Shown one piece after another: positions 1 through 14,217 of a stretch of 64,000 nucleotides of DNA. Origin of the DNA: Paragordius varius (lineage: Eukaryota; Animalia; Nematomorpha). A program made the translations under genes and the position numbers. Below the pieces are notes generated by a model, which made no database searches, was not told the DNA's origin, and saw only the letters and a program-made list of their open reading frames with translations. Where the stretch lies: NCBI GenBank assembly GCA_964247055.1, contig OZ176052.1, positions 4,898,001 to 4,962,000 of the forward strand. The letters run 5' to 3'. Position 1 is the first letter of the stretch. The number at the start of each line of letters is the position of its first letter.

Positions 1-1883
1 GTTCCATAAACCTAAAAAGTTTAAATTTATTTTTTTGTATATTATAAATTCAATGAACTTAAATGGATTTAGAAATATTTTATGCAATTATTTGAAATGC
101 TAACCATTTCTTTTCGGGTATCGGTCTAGGTACTGCATTAACCCGACAAGGGTAATGAGGTTGACCAGAAATATTTTTACCCAACACTGAACCAACTATA
201 TTGAGTGGAAATATCACAAAAAAGCAAATTGAAGCAACGGCAATCTACAAGGAGATTAGAATAGGTTTATTTTTTAACTGTGATATATATTATAAATAAA
301 TACCAAATATCCAAGCCTTTCAAAATTCAAAGTAAAATAGAAACTGTAAAAAATAACTAGATTGTTTTTCAATATATTTATAAAATAATGATTATATTAA
401 CGCTAAAATTGAAAAATATTATTTAGGCAAATTGTTAGTCTTATAATTATGATTAATTTTAAACAACTAAAAAGTTACCATGGACACAAAGGGAATACTC
501 TTAGACGCATGATAGTAAAGGGAGAAAAAATTGATGAAAAACGCCGTACCGCACACTAGATTAGGGAATAGGAATGTTGAAAAGAGCATTTGACGAACCC
601 AATTTTTCCCTAATTAATATATTTATATATACCATTTACAGTTCAAATTCACCCTTAAATTCAAATTCACCCTTGAACAATTCAAATTACCTTTGAACAA
701 TTCAAATTCACCCTAAAATAAATTATGGGTTTAGGTTATATATTACCTATATTTTTTTATATTTTTTTAAAAAAAATTGTATGCAATCGAAACAATGAAA
801 AAATAATATACTTTGCCATAAAAATATATTTAATTTTAATGATGAATTATAATAGACTGAAATTTCATAATTTATTTTTAGGGTGAATTTGAATTGTTCA
901 AGGGTAAATTTGAATTGTTTAAGGATGAATTTGAACTGTAAATGGTATTAATATATTGCAATTTAAGTAAATTATTTAACATCAAAATTCCATTTTTTAA
1001 ACTAATGAGAACATATATACCGCCATTTTTGGTATACAAGCTTGTTCCAATATAACCGTTGATTGGTGAAGTGATTGAAAACAAGAAAATAGCTGTGCTT
1101 AACAATGAAGCCCGTCTTTGAAAAACATAACAAAAATAGATTATATTTATATTATTTTGTTCAGTTTTAAGTACATTAACTGCTAAAATATTATAATAAC
1201 GTTTGTATACAAAATTTTATGATACGGAAAGTAAATTTATATTTTAAGTTAAAACAATATTTATCCATTCTTTATATAAAACTAAAAATTAAAGTTTTAA
1301 TCCAAAAATAACATTATAATTCGACTAAAATCTCTGTTAATTTATTATGACTAAAAATGCAACTATAAAAATTATTTTATTTTCTTGTTTCGCATGTTTA
1401 CTCCATAATTATTATTAACAAACATTACGTTATAATTTGACTAGGATGCTTCAATTATAATCATTTGAAAAAAACAAATGAAAATGTAAACGCAAAACAT
1501 ACTCAGTATAAAGTTCGCCCAGTATGGCAAATAGGATTAAAAGTAATGAGACAGTACATAATTGCACACCCGAACCAATGAGTGATGAAAAAAAGGTGTT
1601 GTGTCTAACAGGTCGAAACACATCTCCATGGATTTGTTTCCAACCATACTCATCGCCCAAATCTTTCTCCAAGTCGTCTAATTCATCGTCTTTACTGTAC
1701 CTTGCATAATCCTACAATAATACAACAAATTTGCAAAAATTATCTTTATAATTAGAAATAGCAATATTATTGGATAAATTATATTAAAATATGTTCTAAC
1801 AGTTTTTGCGTGAATTATTAAAATTGGTAAAAATATGATACTTTTAACCAAAAAGTATTATTAATCGGCATAAAATAATTAAA

Positions 1884-1921
<38 letters not shown>

Positions 1922-4058
1922 GAACTGCTTTTTATGTCGTAAATTAAATTAGAGAGGATATTTTGCAGAAATCTTAAAACACTATTATATAAGATGTAAA
2001 ATACATAAAAATTCTATTTTAAACATATTATACGTATCAACGATCGGAATAAATTCGGAAGATGATATCAAATATAGGATACATAGAGTTTTGCTTACGT
2101 GCAAATATGAATTTGGAATTTTTTTAAAAATATTGAATTAAATATATCAATATCTATTGCATCGTTACAAACGCTTTTTTAATACAGAGTTAAACTGACT
2201 TTGTGTGAAAAAAAACTAAGCGGGTGCAAAAAACTATATTGAATAACTGTTCCTTTAAAACATATATAGGCAAACCGCTTTAAATGTAAAACACGGCGCA
2301 AAAAATTGGAATATTGCAAAAATATGGAATAAAACCGCTTGTGAGTGGAAGACAAGGAACCCAATATATTTTACAATAAGCATTACTATTAATTAATAAA
2401 TGTAAATTAACTAGCATTGGTGGGTATAAAATGTATATAAAACTATTTTTCCATTAAAACGTACGCAGTAAAACCGATTATGTGGAAACACCACGGGTGA
2501 ATATTTAAATGTTAATTGTTTGGCATAAAATATATACCCTTTTTCAGCAAAATCCGCACATAAAAGTTTTTTGGGATAGTAAAATATGAAGAAAAATATT
2601 ATAAAAGGTTAAAAAACAATTTGTCATCCTAAAATAAGATAATTAGAGGAATTTAAAAAATATAATCGAGAATATTTTGTACATTTATATTATATATATA
2701 TATATATATCTTTATATGATTTAACAAAAATTAAAATATGTATTTGTTTTCTAGATAAAAATTTTCAATGTGACATATATATATATATACTTTTATTATA
2801 TGATTGTTAAAAATATAATTAACTCGAAAAGTTTTTTCAAAAACTAATAAAAGTTATTACTTTGCGGAGAGTTCGCATAAGAATCATACTGACCAATCCC
2901 ACCAAAAACACAACCATCATGAATGAATTGAATATTGAAAACCAATGGATCTATCATACAAAATTTGTGGATATGTTAATTAAGAATTTTTTCACCCAAA
3001 ATTTGCACTAATGAAAAAATAATTAAATTCATACCCGGTGTTGGAAAAAAGCATGGTCAAGATATTTATTGAAACGGTCTTCAAACGGAATATCTGAAGG
3101 TATCCAATTAACCTTATTATACATATGAAAACATATAACTAACGGAAGTTTAAAATGCATAAAAAAGTTATATGCTAGATTTTATAATATAAAATAAATA
3201 ATCAACTAAGGCATATATAAATCTGTAAACATTGATTATTTTGATATAAAAAAATAATAGGTTACACCTACTTCATAAGTGAAATTGATTGATTTGCCAG
3301 GCAAAATTTGTTCCTTGTTCAGACTGGTTAAATTTACATCGACTATACGTTGGCCATTATAACCAATATCAAACTTTTTATGGGTCCACAAATAAAAACT
3401 TCGATATTCGTCTCTCTCACCAACGATTCCTTTTAAAATTCAGTAAAAAATGTATCATAAACAAGATAAAAAATAAAATATTACAAAACATATCTTGAAA
3501 GATCAGCTATATAAAAAATTGTATTTTTAAATATCCCAAAGAATAAATCTTTTACTGAACTTACCCCAAATCGGTAAATCATCCAAATACATTTGGTACC
3601 AAAAATTTTGTAAAATCGCCTTGGCAAATTGTTTATAATCATCTTCGCTAAGATCTCGAATCTGACATACAAATTTGGTGGGTGTGTTTTCTAAAAAGAG
3701 CAATATATTTATATGATTTTTAGATTAAATAAATAAAAATTTCCTACCCATAAAATGAATATGCATCCCACTCAATTCCAGGTCGTACCCTTCCAACTTT
3801 TCTGCAAAACTTTGTGCATATTCCTGTTCGTGCTTGTCGTCTGCCGAGGGTTCGGGACGACAAAAAGGATATTGAAAATATTTGTAGGTTTCTTGCCTAT
3901 TGTGATATGGACTTAATGTGTTAACGTATAAAACGACTTCTTCATCTGGTTGATACTACATTGCATATAAAAAAATTATTTACTGTGTGACTAATTCGGT
4001 TTGAAGATATGGGTAAAGTAAAAAATAGTAAAATTAAATAGCTATATAAAAGTCCCAT
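1..4058 (-). CDS. TM9SF3: Transmembrane 9 superfamily member 3 (3' end beyond window start)
   Basis: GT-AG exons, read on the minus strand: 4058-3984 (signal peptide [19 protein letters not shown]), 3955-3748 ([27 protein letters not shown]), 3690-3565 ([14 protein letters not shown]), 3429-3272, 3112-3035 ([17 protein letters not shown]), 2950-2861 ([30 protein letters not shown]), 1711-1503 ([18 protein letters not shown]), 1115-1021, 609-479, 244-105 ([20 protein letters not shown]), 11-1 (FMEP). Phases are compatible and the motifs match TM9SF3 as I recall it. Confidence 0.96.
628..947. mobile_element. MITE family A (TA-flanked, TIR starting CCATTT, tandem ~21-bp subterminal repeats) in a TM9SF3 intron
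   Basis: Left arm tataccatttacagttcaaattcaccctt is the inverted repeat of right arm aaggatgaatttgaactgtaaatggta. Each arm has several copies of ttcaaattcacccttgaacaa. Related copies at ~10149-10460, ~19165-19274 (partial) and ~40662-40959. Confidence 0.85.
1886..1918. repeat. (AT)n microsatellite
   Basis: Uninterrupted AT dinucleotide run of about 16 units in a TM9SF3 intron. Confidence 0.95.
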
Positions 4059-6995
4059 AAATTCTTAAGAGACGTATGCTCAATACATATTATCCACTAA
4101 ACATGTGAAAAATATGCACGTTCCGTAAATAAGGAAAGTAATAATTTCCACTGAACAGAAAATATATCATTATTGATTATATTATCATAGATATATTTTT
4201 AAAATTATATACATAATATATAGTATAGATAAAATTCAATAGGAAATCTTTTATTATATCAATGATATTAGAAATTTATTACATTTTTACCAAATTATTC
4301 AAAAAATAATTTTTCGCATCTTTTATCACCTTTCGGTACGAGAGAGTAAAGGGTAATTTATCTATTTCAGAAAATTGCGCACATTTTGTTTAAAATATCT
4401 TTCGTGGCCCAATACTTAATTCAAAAAAAATCACTGAAATATCAACTACATATATAAACAAAACATTGTAATAAAATTTTAAATGTGGCCATAAGCCTTA
4501 AATTTTTAAAGTTGTTAAAATGGGCCCGTTCTCTTAAATAAAATCAACTCCCGAGATTGCTTTGTAAAAATTAAATATACATATATGCTAAATTTTCATA
4601 TCGAAATTTTTTGCAAAATGCATATTGGCAAATATTTAACATAATCAATTAATATATTGACATTAATTGTTTCTAAATTCTGGGGAACGACAAAGACGAG
4701 CATCATTAGACTTCATGACCTTTTGGAGTAGTTTTATATTCCAGAGCGATCTAAAATTTGATCTTATAAAAGTATTTAAGGTATAAGGCCAAATTAAATA
4801 TGCTTTCTTTAGCTTTTAGGGGACTAATACAAATTTTTTTTAGCACTTCGATTAAATTTACATTTAAGTTGATATTTTCAAAAAACTACAAAAAGAAACG
4901 GTTCCAATTTAAATTTATGCTTATTTCTTATCAAAAATTATATAAATAAGCCAAAATAAATAAAATTTAGTTTTGAAAAAAAGCTTGTATCAAAGCACTG
5001 GACGCCATTTTATTTTAAAACATTTTTGCAAAATATCGGTTTATTTGAATCTAAGCCTATTATTTAGTCATTTTTATTAAAATCACAATTAACATTGATA
5101 TAAAAAGAAAAAGTGGTATATTTTGCATTATTTTTATATTTGGCTTATGCATTCATGTGATGTTGGCTAATTTTTTATCTTTAGGTTTACCTCTAAATAA
5201 GTAATATCAAGTGAATAATTTTTTGTTTATATTTCGGTTCATTAATGGTATTTAAGTGCAAACTTTTGCAACGGTTTCAATTTATTTCATATTTTTGAAA
5301 TATTTTATTTTAAACAAGCCTATATCTTACTACCCCAATTTGAATCGTAGACTGAAATGAATGTGTTGTATCCAAGCGTTAAAATACTAGAATTGACTTT
5401 AAAACAGTAATATTTTTACAAGATTCTGGGATATAAAACGACTCTAATATGTCATCGAGACAAAACAGTGAAAAGCTCAAGAAGTGTTACATAGTAAAAG
5501 CTTTTTTTATAATATCGAGCGTTTTTATACCATTTTTAGTATGAAGTATGCAACAAAATTTTGATAAAAATTGAATTATTGAGCAAATGCAATTTTTTAA
5601 AAATATGATTTAAATTTTTTAATTCAAAATTGCATTCGTTTAAGAGAACTCCATTTTAGAAGGCAAAAAATTTGGAAATTTTGAAGTTCACAGCTAAAAT
5701 AATTTTTATCAAAAATATTGTTTTCTTTCTTAAATGCAGTATATCACATATTTTAATTATATTTTTTGAGGACCATTTAGCTTTACCAATAAATTTATCA
5801 TTGGCCAATAATATTCATTTATAAAATTTTGATGCAATATGCACGAAACCTTACTGCCAAATATTTTGGTTCAGTTAAATAGCTTAAAAATTTAGCTGAC
5901 ATTCACTATTGGGATAGTTTTCTGCTCGGGTGCTATTTTACAGAGATAATTCTTATAGTAAATATTTTAAAATATACATTCTAGGCGGCTTCACTTTTAA
6001 AAATATACAAAAAACCTCGCCTAAATTTTTTTGAAATTTGGTATCGCTAAAAAACTGACAAAAACAAGATATTTACGGCTTAAATAGAATCAACTTTTAA
6101 AGTTAAAAAGAAAATTTTTTTAAATTGACCCGCCGTCCAAAAAGGTCACATATGAAAGGAGGCTCATATACATTTTATTGATTAATATGGCCTTTTTGAT
6201 GAATTGTGCAAAAAATATTTTAAAAGTTTTGAAAATATCCTCATTATCCTTTATTTTAATTATCTAGAACGCAAATAAATATTATTATCGTAAAAATACA
6301 TTAATTCAAATTTGAGTGCATATGATTACATTAATACAGTATGAAAACTATTAATTTTTATCATATTTTAAACTCGATACATAATTAAAAAATCAAAGCT
6401 TCATCCAATATAGATGAATGATTGGTTATTATATATTTTAGCATACGTTTATATTAATATTTATTACAGCCATGGCGTGCCAAAAAAATTCAATAAGTGT
6501 CCGTTTATAAAACAAAGAGTGTATCGTTTCCATAAACATTTTTCAAAGCCATAACTGATAAGTAATATTCTTATTTTTTTCTAATGCTAAAAAAGAGTTG
6601 GTAATTAAACTTCTAAATCAAATTTTTGATATGTTAGCTAAAAATCAAAAATAAGATAAACTAAAAAAAATGCTTCACCCAAAGAGGATTATACACGCTT
6701 ATCTAGCTTGTTTAAAATAATTTTTTGTCATTTTATTGAAGTTTCGAGTTTAATTGGAAAAATGTTGACAAGGTTTTAGTTCGAAAAAGATATACAAAAA
6801 TAGCAAAAACAATAAATCGTAATAATTTAATAGTCTATTCTATAAATATCCGTCTCAATGCAATTACTATTAATTTTTGAGAATTTATATTTTTTGTCTT
6901 TATACGTTCAAATATTTATAATTTAATTGTAACCTTATTTTTGATTGTTTAATCACTCAATAAATATATTGGCTTAAAATTAATAAGTAGTTTAG

Positions 6996-8769
6996 ACAAT
7001 GCAAATAACTTTAGAAGAATTATCCATATACTATGCACGCTCTGATACTTTGGATCCCAATTTATCCACATTTGTATTTCGATACCTACTTGATAAATTC
7101 GATGAAGTGTCCGAAAATTATAGAGAATCTTTCACTCAAATCCCCATTCAAAAAATGCAACAACTATTGAGTTCTGATGAATTGCGGACTAAAAGTGAAA
7201 TGAACGTTTTCCGAGCAGCTGCGAATTGGCTAAATTTTGATTTTTCGACCCGGTCAAAATACGCCTATCAAATACTCCAATATGTCAGAATGACCCATAT
7301 TAAACCTTGGGAAATTATTGTCCATATTGCTTCACAAAATCATCTATTTCAAAGTGCGAACTGTGTGAAATTGCTTTACAACGCTATGGCATATCATGCA
7401 TTAAATCCAATTACAACATCCGGAATAAATGGTAAGCGTTACAAAATATATTTCATAGAGCAGGGGACCAATGGCTTCGCAGGCCGCATTTTCGACTCAC
7501 AGAAAACAGGCCGCCCGCATTATATAACGCACACGAATAAATATATTAATGTATTTTCATGGAACTGAAAAGAAGCATTACAATCCGATATAACTACTAA
7601 ATGTTTTAATTTTTGTTCATTCCGTTGGTAAAATTTGGAAATAAATCTATTTTTCATGCCACCCGCCAAAAAATTTACAAGATTATTTATTCGGTTAATG
7701 GTTAGATTTTATACACTAAATAGCGTGTTGGGCCTTCTTATTATAGAGTGTCAGATTTGTGGGTGCCTTTTGTACATTTGATGAAACTCGATTTTTAATA
7801 GAGGTGATTTGCATTCAAAAAAAGATTAGGATCCGATTTTTTTAAAAACAGTTGTTGGTATTGCTATAACTTTTTAGCTCAAATTCAAATGCCCCAAAAT
7901 ACATATTAAAAAAAGCTCTGCTAGCAAGCCCTTAATTTTGCCGATAACATTTTAATTATAAAACTAGTGACTTAGAACAACACTACCAAATTTCATGAAA
8001 TTCAAAGCGTTGTAAATCAAAAAAATTTGAGATAAAATATAGATTAATAGTTATTTCTATTGGGATAACTCTCATCACACATAAAAATAAAATAATACTT
8101 AAAGGATTAGTCTTTGGACTCACGACATCATGAAAATATATAATATTAATTTGATATGTTTAAAATTATTATGCAATTATAGATGGCATTCAAAATCAAT
8201 CATCATCTAATTCCAATGGCAGAAGCCCATCTTCAAGTCACGATAAAGCGTGTCCTAACGATACTATAACCTATTTGCAGAAAGTTATATGCAAAGAAAA
8301 AGTTCGATGTCCAAAATTATTTATTCCAGACATAACACCAATTATAAATTTAGCATCGAATGGTGACACAAATACAATATATAGCAATAATAATAATAAT
8401 TATATCATGTCCACTCCATATAATTACAACAACAATGGTCCTGGTTACCCAATAATCAATCATCTAGCAACGTATACTAATCAATTACCTATTTTTCAAT
8501 CTTTTCAATCGAACAATAATGTACCTTACACCAACAATAGGAATAAAGTACCTTGCTATAATTTTAGATATAACAATTTGAATGCCCAATCTATTTACAG
8601 AGGTGATCATTTCGTACAGAACAACAATAAACCATATACGAAAGATGATCCTACATTCATTAGTGAGGTGAAGTTGGTTAAAAACAGGAATGATAACAAA
8701 AATCCTAATGACAAGAATAATGGTGATTTAAATAATAATTTTAATGTTCAATATTTTACATCGTTTTAG
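6996..8769 (+). CDS. BTB/BACK-family (KLHL/KBTBD-like) protein: BACK-domain exon plus Asn-rich terminal exon; 5' exons unresolved
   Basis: Exon 6996-7431 encodes FTQIPIQKMQQLLSSDELRTKSEMNVFRAAANWLNFDFSTRSKYAYQILQYVRM, the BACK-domain pattern. The phase-1 donor G|gtaagc at 7431/7432 fits acceptor tatag|AT at 8183, which is in frame with ORF 8275-8769. A possible BTB remnant exon (FEFNWKNVDK) near 6743-6772 is weak. Confidence 0.7.
7461..7740. mobile_element. hAT (Charlie/Buster-like) MITE
   Basis: Begins cagggga..., carries gcaggccgcatt, and ends in a decayed TIR (gtgttgggccttctta). Flanked by tcatagag / ttatagag, an 8-bp duplication with central TA. Confidence 0.65.
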
Positions 8770-8896
8770 AGAAAATTATTGTGAATACGTAATAAATGTT
8801 TTAGCTGAAACAACCATGCTGTAAATTACATAAAATTGTCAGATATTGATTGATTGTGGCTTTGGTAATGTGCGTAATTAAAACCAAATCCAAAAC

Positions 8897-9394
8897 TATA
8901 CCATTTGCACTTCAAGAGTGTCCTTGAACACTTCAAGTTGGTCCTTTGACTTTTTTGTTTTCTTGTTAACTTTTATCAATCAGATCGTATATCATTCAAT
9001 CTATTTTATCGTTTTTAACCTATTTTTTTAATTTTAACATAAATTTTAAATCGATATCAACTTTTAATCATTCACAAACCGTATATCTTTATTAATTTCT
9101 TAAAACTATTTTGGATATTTATAAGATATAAAACGTAATAAAAAAAATATATAAGTTTTCTGGGTTATTATTAACAATTATTCATTTAAAACAACAAAAA
9201 GTTAATAATTTTGTTAAATTGGAAAAAAATTAGTTTAACACAAAAAAGTGAATTGAATAAAAAATTTAATTTTTAAATGTATAAATATATATCAATTAAA
9301 GAAAATTAGGTAAAAAAATGAATTTAAAAATTATGGTTAAATTAGAGGACCAACTTGTAGTGGTCAAGGATACTCTTGAAGTTCAAATGGTATA
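8897..9394. mobile_element. MITE family B (~49-bp TIRs, TA-flanked)
   Basis: tataccatttgcacttcaagagtgtccttgaacacttcaagttggtcct (8897-8945) is a near-perfect inverted repeat of aggaccaacttgtagtggtcaaggatactcttgaagttcaaatggtata (9346-9394). Confidence 0.88.
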
Positions 9395-9650
9395 TTACAT
9401 GTAGGGTTAAATCAAATTTCTCAATTGGCCTGATTTCTGATGCGTAATACTAGTTTTTTAGATAAAGTGGCGCAAAAAACTATATTGCTTAAAAGTCATA
9501 TAAAATTACAAAAATATGTAATGCATCTTGATTAATATTAGTTTTTCAAAAACAAAGTAGATTTAAAAATTTGGTAATTTCTAAATTGTGTAAAAAGTAA
9601 CGAAAAAATATGGTATATTTAGTTTCGGCAAAGTTGTTATATGTATAAAA

Positions 9651-9880
9651 CAGGGCTGTCCAACATAAATAGCTTCGCAAGCCGCATTTTTGGATCAAAA
9701 AATCCGGCGGTCAAATATTTTTTTTAAATCTCTTCAAGTAAAATTTCTGGTGCCAAAATTCCGAGAGTTTTATCAGAAGGTTTGATTAAGAAAGTAATTT
9801 TTTTCAGATTTCGTAATTTTTTTTAAATTTGTTGCAGGCTTCAGAAATATTTTGGAGTGCCGCATGCGGCCCTCGACTTG
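9651..9880. mobile_element. hAT (Charlie/Buster-like) MITE, right end decayed
   Basis: Starts cagggctgtccaac...aaatagcttcgcaagccgcatt and contains gccgcatgcggccctcg. Preceded by gtataaaa (nnnTAnnn). Confidence 0.65.
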
Positions 9881-10148
9881 CGTAAGTAAATAACGTTGAT
9901 TTAAGATATAGAAATACTGAAATTCAGCCAAGTATTAACTAGATTTTATATGTCCTAATTTGCTCTAATCAAATTTTTTACTTTGAAAATAATTTTTTTT
10001 ATATTTTATTCACTAAGGCTTTCAGCTATTTTGTAGGCACTGTGCCTCAATTAGCAGAGAAAATATTTTATTCGAGATATTAGTAAGAATTCAATATTAT
10101 AACAAACATTATAAAAAAACTATAATTTAATACATATAAATAAATATA

Positions 10149-10460
10149 TGTGCCATTTAAAATTCAAATTCACCCTTGAACAATTCAACTTCACCCTAAC
10201 AATTAAAGCCCTTTAACAATTTAAATTCACCCTAAAGATAAATTATGTTTTTTCGGCTATAATATATATCTTTAGGGCATGGTTTATATCAGTATTGTTT
10301 TATTTTTCAAGCATTTCATTTTATAAAAATTCAAAATAATATAGGTAATTTTTTATCTCAAAAAAACTAACAATTTATTTTAGTTGAACCTGAATTGATC
10401 AAAGGTAAATTTATATTGTTCAAGGGTGATTTTGAATTTTTCAGGCGTGAAAATGATATA
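10149..10460. mobile_element. MITE family A copy
   Basis: Same ttcaaattcacccttgaacaa repeat arms in inverted orientation as 628-947, with decayed ends (gccatttaaaattc / aaatgatata). Confidence 0.75.
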
Positions 10461-10990
10461 TAAACATTTAAGGTGTTTTATCCCAGTGATTTAATGTATT
10501 TAATATAAATTTACGTGTAATTTTCTATTAAAATATAATAATTGAATAACTTTCTCTAGATTTATACTCTAAAATTCGAATGAACCACAAAAAAAGTTTA
10601 AAACAAATAGTTAATTTACAATCATAAATTATTTAATTTGTTGCCAAAATGAATTCATGCATTTTAAAATAATGATTTTTCTAATCATAAAATAATATAT
10701 GCATTTTTGAATTTTAAAAGTTCCAAAAATATATGACGAAAACCAATTTAGCATGTTACAATAATTAAAATATTATTAAATTAAAGGCTTAAAAGCTGAT
10801 TGTATATATTTAATTTGACCCACTATGGATGTTTTTTAAGATATTTTGTGTACTCACTCTGGGCGGCTTAACCGCTTAAAAAAATAATAAAATTTTAAAA
10901 TCTAAAATAAATCTTTATAAAAATCTGCCTAGGGCTGACTGTAAGGGAAAAAATAAGAATTCATACATAAATACTAATATTGCAACCAAC

Positions 10991-11144
10991 TACAGTATGA
11001 CTAAGTAATTGCTAGAAAGTTATTTATTATTGCCAAATAGTATATACAACAAAGGGCAGTATTATTGGTTAATAATAGCAAAAGGTGAAAAATATTTGGC
11101 AATAATTAATAACTTTCTAGCAATGTACACTTACTCATACTGTA
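10991..11144. mobile_element. Tc1/mariner-pogo-like MITE family C (TA|CAGTATGA...TCATACTG|TA)
   Basis: Long inverted arms (ttgctagaaagttatt...ttgccaaata / tatttggcaataattaataactttctagcaa) with a TA duplication at both ends. Sister copies at 37271-37465 and 41443-41641, and a solo end at 56678-56700. Confidence 0.88.
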
Positions 11145-14100
11145 ATTCTCAATAAGATTATTTTGGTTTTTATAATAGGTAGTTAGGCGAAAAATAAACT
11201 ATATTTCATGACCGCACGGGGTGTCGTATTGGGACTAATTATTTATAGTCTTATACTCTAAAAATTTATTTTAAAAAATTTTCGTTTGCTGTAAAATTTA
11301 TTGAAAAGGTTAAATTTTATTAATTAACTTTTATAATAATAAAACTATAAATTATTATTTATGTGTGTGATACTTTACAGCATAAACGGCTTTCGTGTAA
11401 AAAAGTACGTTTCATATATACATTAATGTATCGTAAAAAACAACAAATGGTTGAAATTTAACAATTGTTCGCCTATCTTTTAACAATAATTATAATTTAA
11501 TTATGGACTATTTTTTTTACCATACGCTACCGTATTGCGAGAGTTTTTGGGTAATAAAATTTTAAAAGTTTATTTTTATGATTATTTTATACGAAAATAA
11601 AAGATATTATTTATACACATAAATTGATATGTATAAAAGTATTTAAATTTAATTTAGTTTCAAATCAAAAAACATACACTTTAATTAATTAAATAAACCT
11701 ATGAAATGGAAAGTTGCATTAAATTTTTTCATTAAGTTAAAAATTTTTAATTATGAAAATTTATTTTATACTTAGTTCATTCTTGTAAATCCATAAAAAA
11801 ATTTGGATTGTAAATTCTTTAGGGAAGAAGTATGTTTTTCTTTATAAATAAAATTTTAGAATATTTTATAATGATTTCCCAAAAAACAATTTTGTTTTAT
11901 TTTCTTAATGCAAACTGCTGTTGTCAAAAAATTCTATTTATCCCCATTTTGATTTAACTTAATTTTTCGGTTAAAATTATATTTTAATCTCAATCACTTT
12001 TTTTAAAACATATCTATTTCATGGTATCAAATATTTAATATTTTATCAAAATTAAATTAATTTAGAGGAATTGAAGTTTTTTTGAATTTGGGATTACTCA
12101 TCATATAAAATTTCTTAATGTTAAACACATTAAATGACTCTACTTCAAACTATGATAAATATTTTGGCATATATTGGCAATTAGGTTAGTGAATAATAAT
12201 CAATATTTCAAATAATTTTAATAATTATAAACTTGATTTAGATGATAAAGAAAGTTTTGGACAAAAAAACAAACCAGTTATATATTTACTCTTCTAATAT
12301 ATTAAAAATAGCGTAATTTTATATGCAAAACGAGAATGCTGGACTAATCAGAGTAATTGGTTTCAAACGGTTCTGTAACATTTTTTGTTTCGGTTCCTTC
12401 TTAATAAAAACTTAGAATCATAAAACACATAGAAAATTGTCGATAACATATATATTATAAAACATTTTTGTTCCAAAACAGATTACAGGACTGAAACTGC
12501 GCTTTCTGGTCACAGCTTCTATTTTAGGTAGAAGACCGGCTAAAAAACAGGAAAGGTTTTGATTGCAAGTTTTGATGTGTTTGATTTTAGTTTATCTGTT
12601 TATACTCCACTTCACAGGTTGGGCAACGCCAAAATGATAAAAAGATTTCATAGTAATGCAATCATTGAAAAACATTGTTGTTGCGCTATAAACTTAAAAA
12701 ATGTTAAAACTTATTTATTGCAAATAAAAACACTTTGAAATTCTTTGATTAAAGGTGACGAATAATGTGATTAATATTATATAATGCAATCTGCTGCATC
12801 AGACCAAACCTATTATCAATTCTGTTAAAGTCAGTTAAATATACAATTAAATTCGCATAATAATAATAATAATGGCGTGTGAAATTTCACATCTTTTAAC
12901 TCTTTTGAAAAACATTTATAGTCATAATAATATGTGGTATTTTAAAACATCCACACATTTCAAGGTTTTTTGAAATTTGGTTTAATTTTTATATATGAAA
13001 AAAAATACAATATAAAATCATAATATTAATTAATTTAAAAAATGAATTTACGATATTTATAATAAATAATTTATGTTAACTTAAAGAAAGGAAATTTTAA
13101 AACGTTTCTCGAACAAGAGTCAAATTTATACATTTTCAATGCCATTTATCTCATTATCAGCTAAATTGTTTAAATTTCAAACGTATATGTGAGAATATGG
13201 CCTTTTATTTAATTTAATTTTTAATTTGTAATAAATGATTTACAAAATAGGATATTATATTGTATTCTTGAATCCTATACCACACCATTTTTAAAGTAAT
13301 TTTTAAACTAACCCAAATATTAAATTTATGGACTTAAAAAAATAAATGGTTTATAAAATGTTACGTTTACGGGAACAAAAAAATAATCGAAGGTAAATTT
13401 TGCATAAAATCACATATAATAAATTTGTTCGTATTGGACCCCGTGTTTAACTTTGAAAGGAATTGAATTAAAACACATTAGTAATTATATGGTTTTTCAT
13501 TTTGTGGAACTATTGCAGTCGTTAAACATTAACACCTATATGTTAAATTGTGTGCCACATAATGAGATTGTACGAAATTAAAGTTAAATACATCTAGATA
13601 AGCTTATTTCAAAACACAAATATCAGAGTATTTTACCTTAAAAAACATTTTTTGGGGAAGAATAAACTCAAAACGCGTATATATATTTTATAAAGTTCAA
13701 AATTTTAACACTTAAATTATATTTTATCATATCTATCTAAACAAGAATAAGCACAAAGCACATCCATTAATTTTAAAACTGAACGAATTTTTTACGTGAA
13801 AAATTCAGATGGTTAAAACTATATCCATATTTACATCATCAATTATTATTATTATTTCATATTTGCTTACATTTATTATTTTTTAATGTAAAGCCAAAGA
13901 AATTACTAAATAGCAAAAACCAAATTATTTTTTTAACAATATATACTTTTTTGCTTTGTGTTTTCCAAAAATCTCTTCTCAGTTTTATTTATAACTTTGT
14001 AAATTTAACCATTAAATTTTTTATCTTAAACTATATTCACGAATTGTATAATTTTTAGCTTTTACTGTTTGGCTGAAAAATGCTAAATACAATTATTTAA

Positions 14101-14217
14101 TTTAATTAATCCGAGATTGATGAAAGTTAACTATTTGCGAAAAACCTATAAACTTTATTCGGTCTAACTGCGAACAATGGATAATAAAATCTTAGGCCTA
14201 TTATTCAACCGAACATA

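Noticed and set aside
640-950. Regularly spaced ~21-bp repeats that could suggest a CRISPR array
   Set aside because: No unique spacers, the arrays are inverted arms of a MITE, and the context is a eukaryotic intron.
7432-7568. C-terminal part of ORF 6999-7568 as coding sequence
   Set aside because: It lies after a strong G|gtaagc donor and runs into a hAT MITE; most likely intron read-through.
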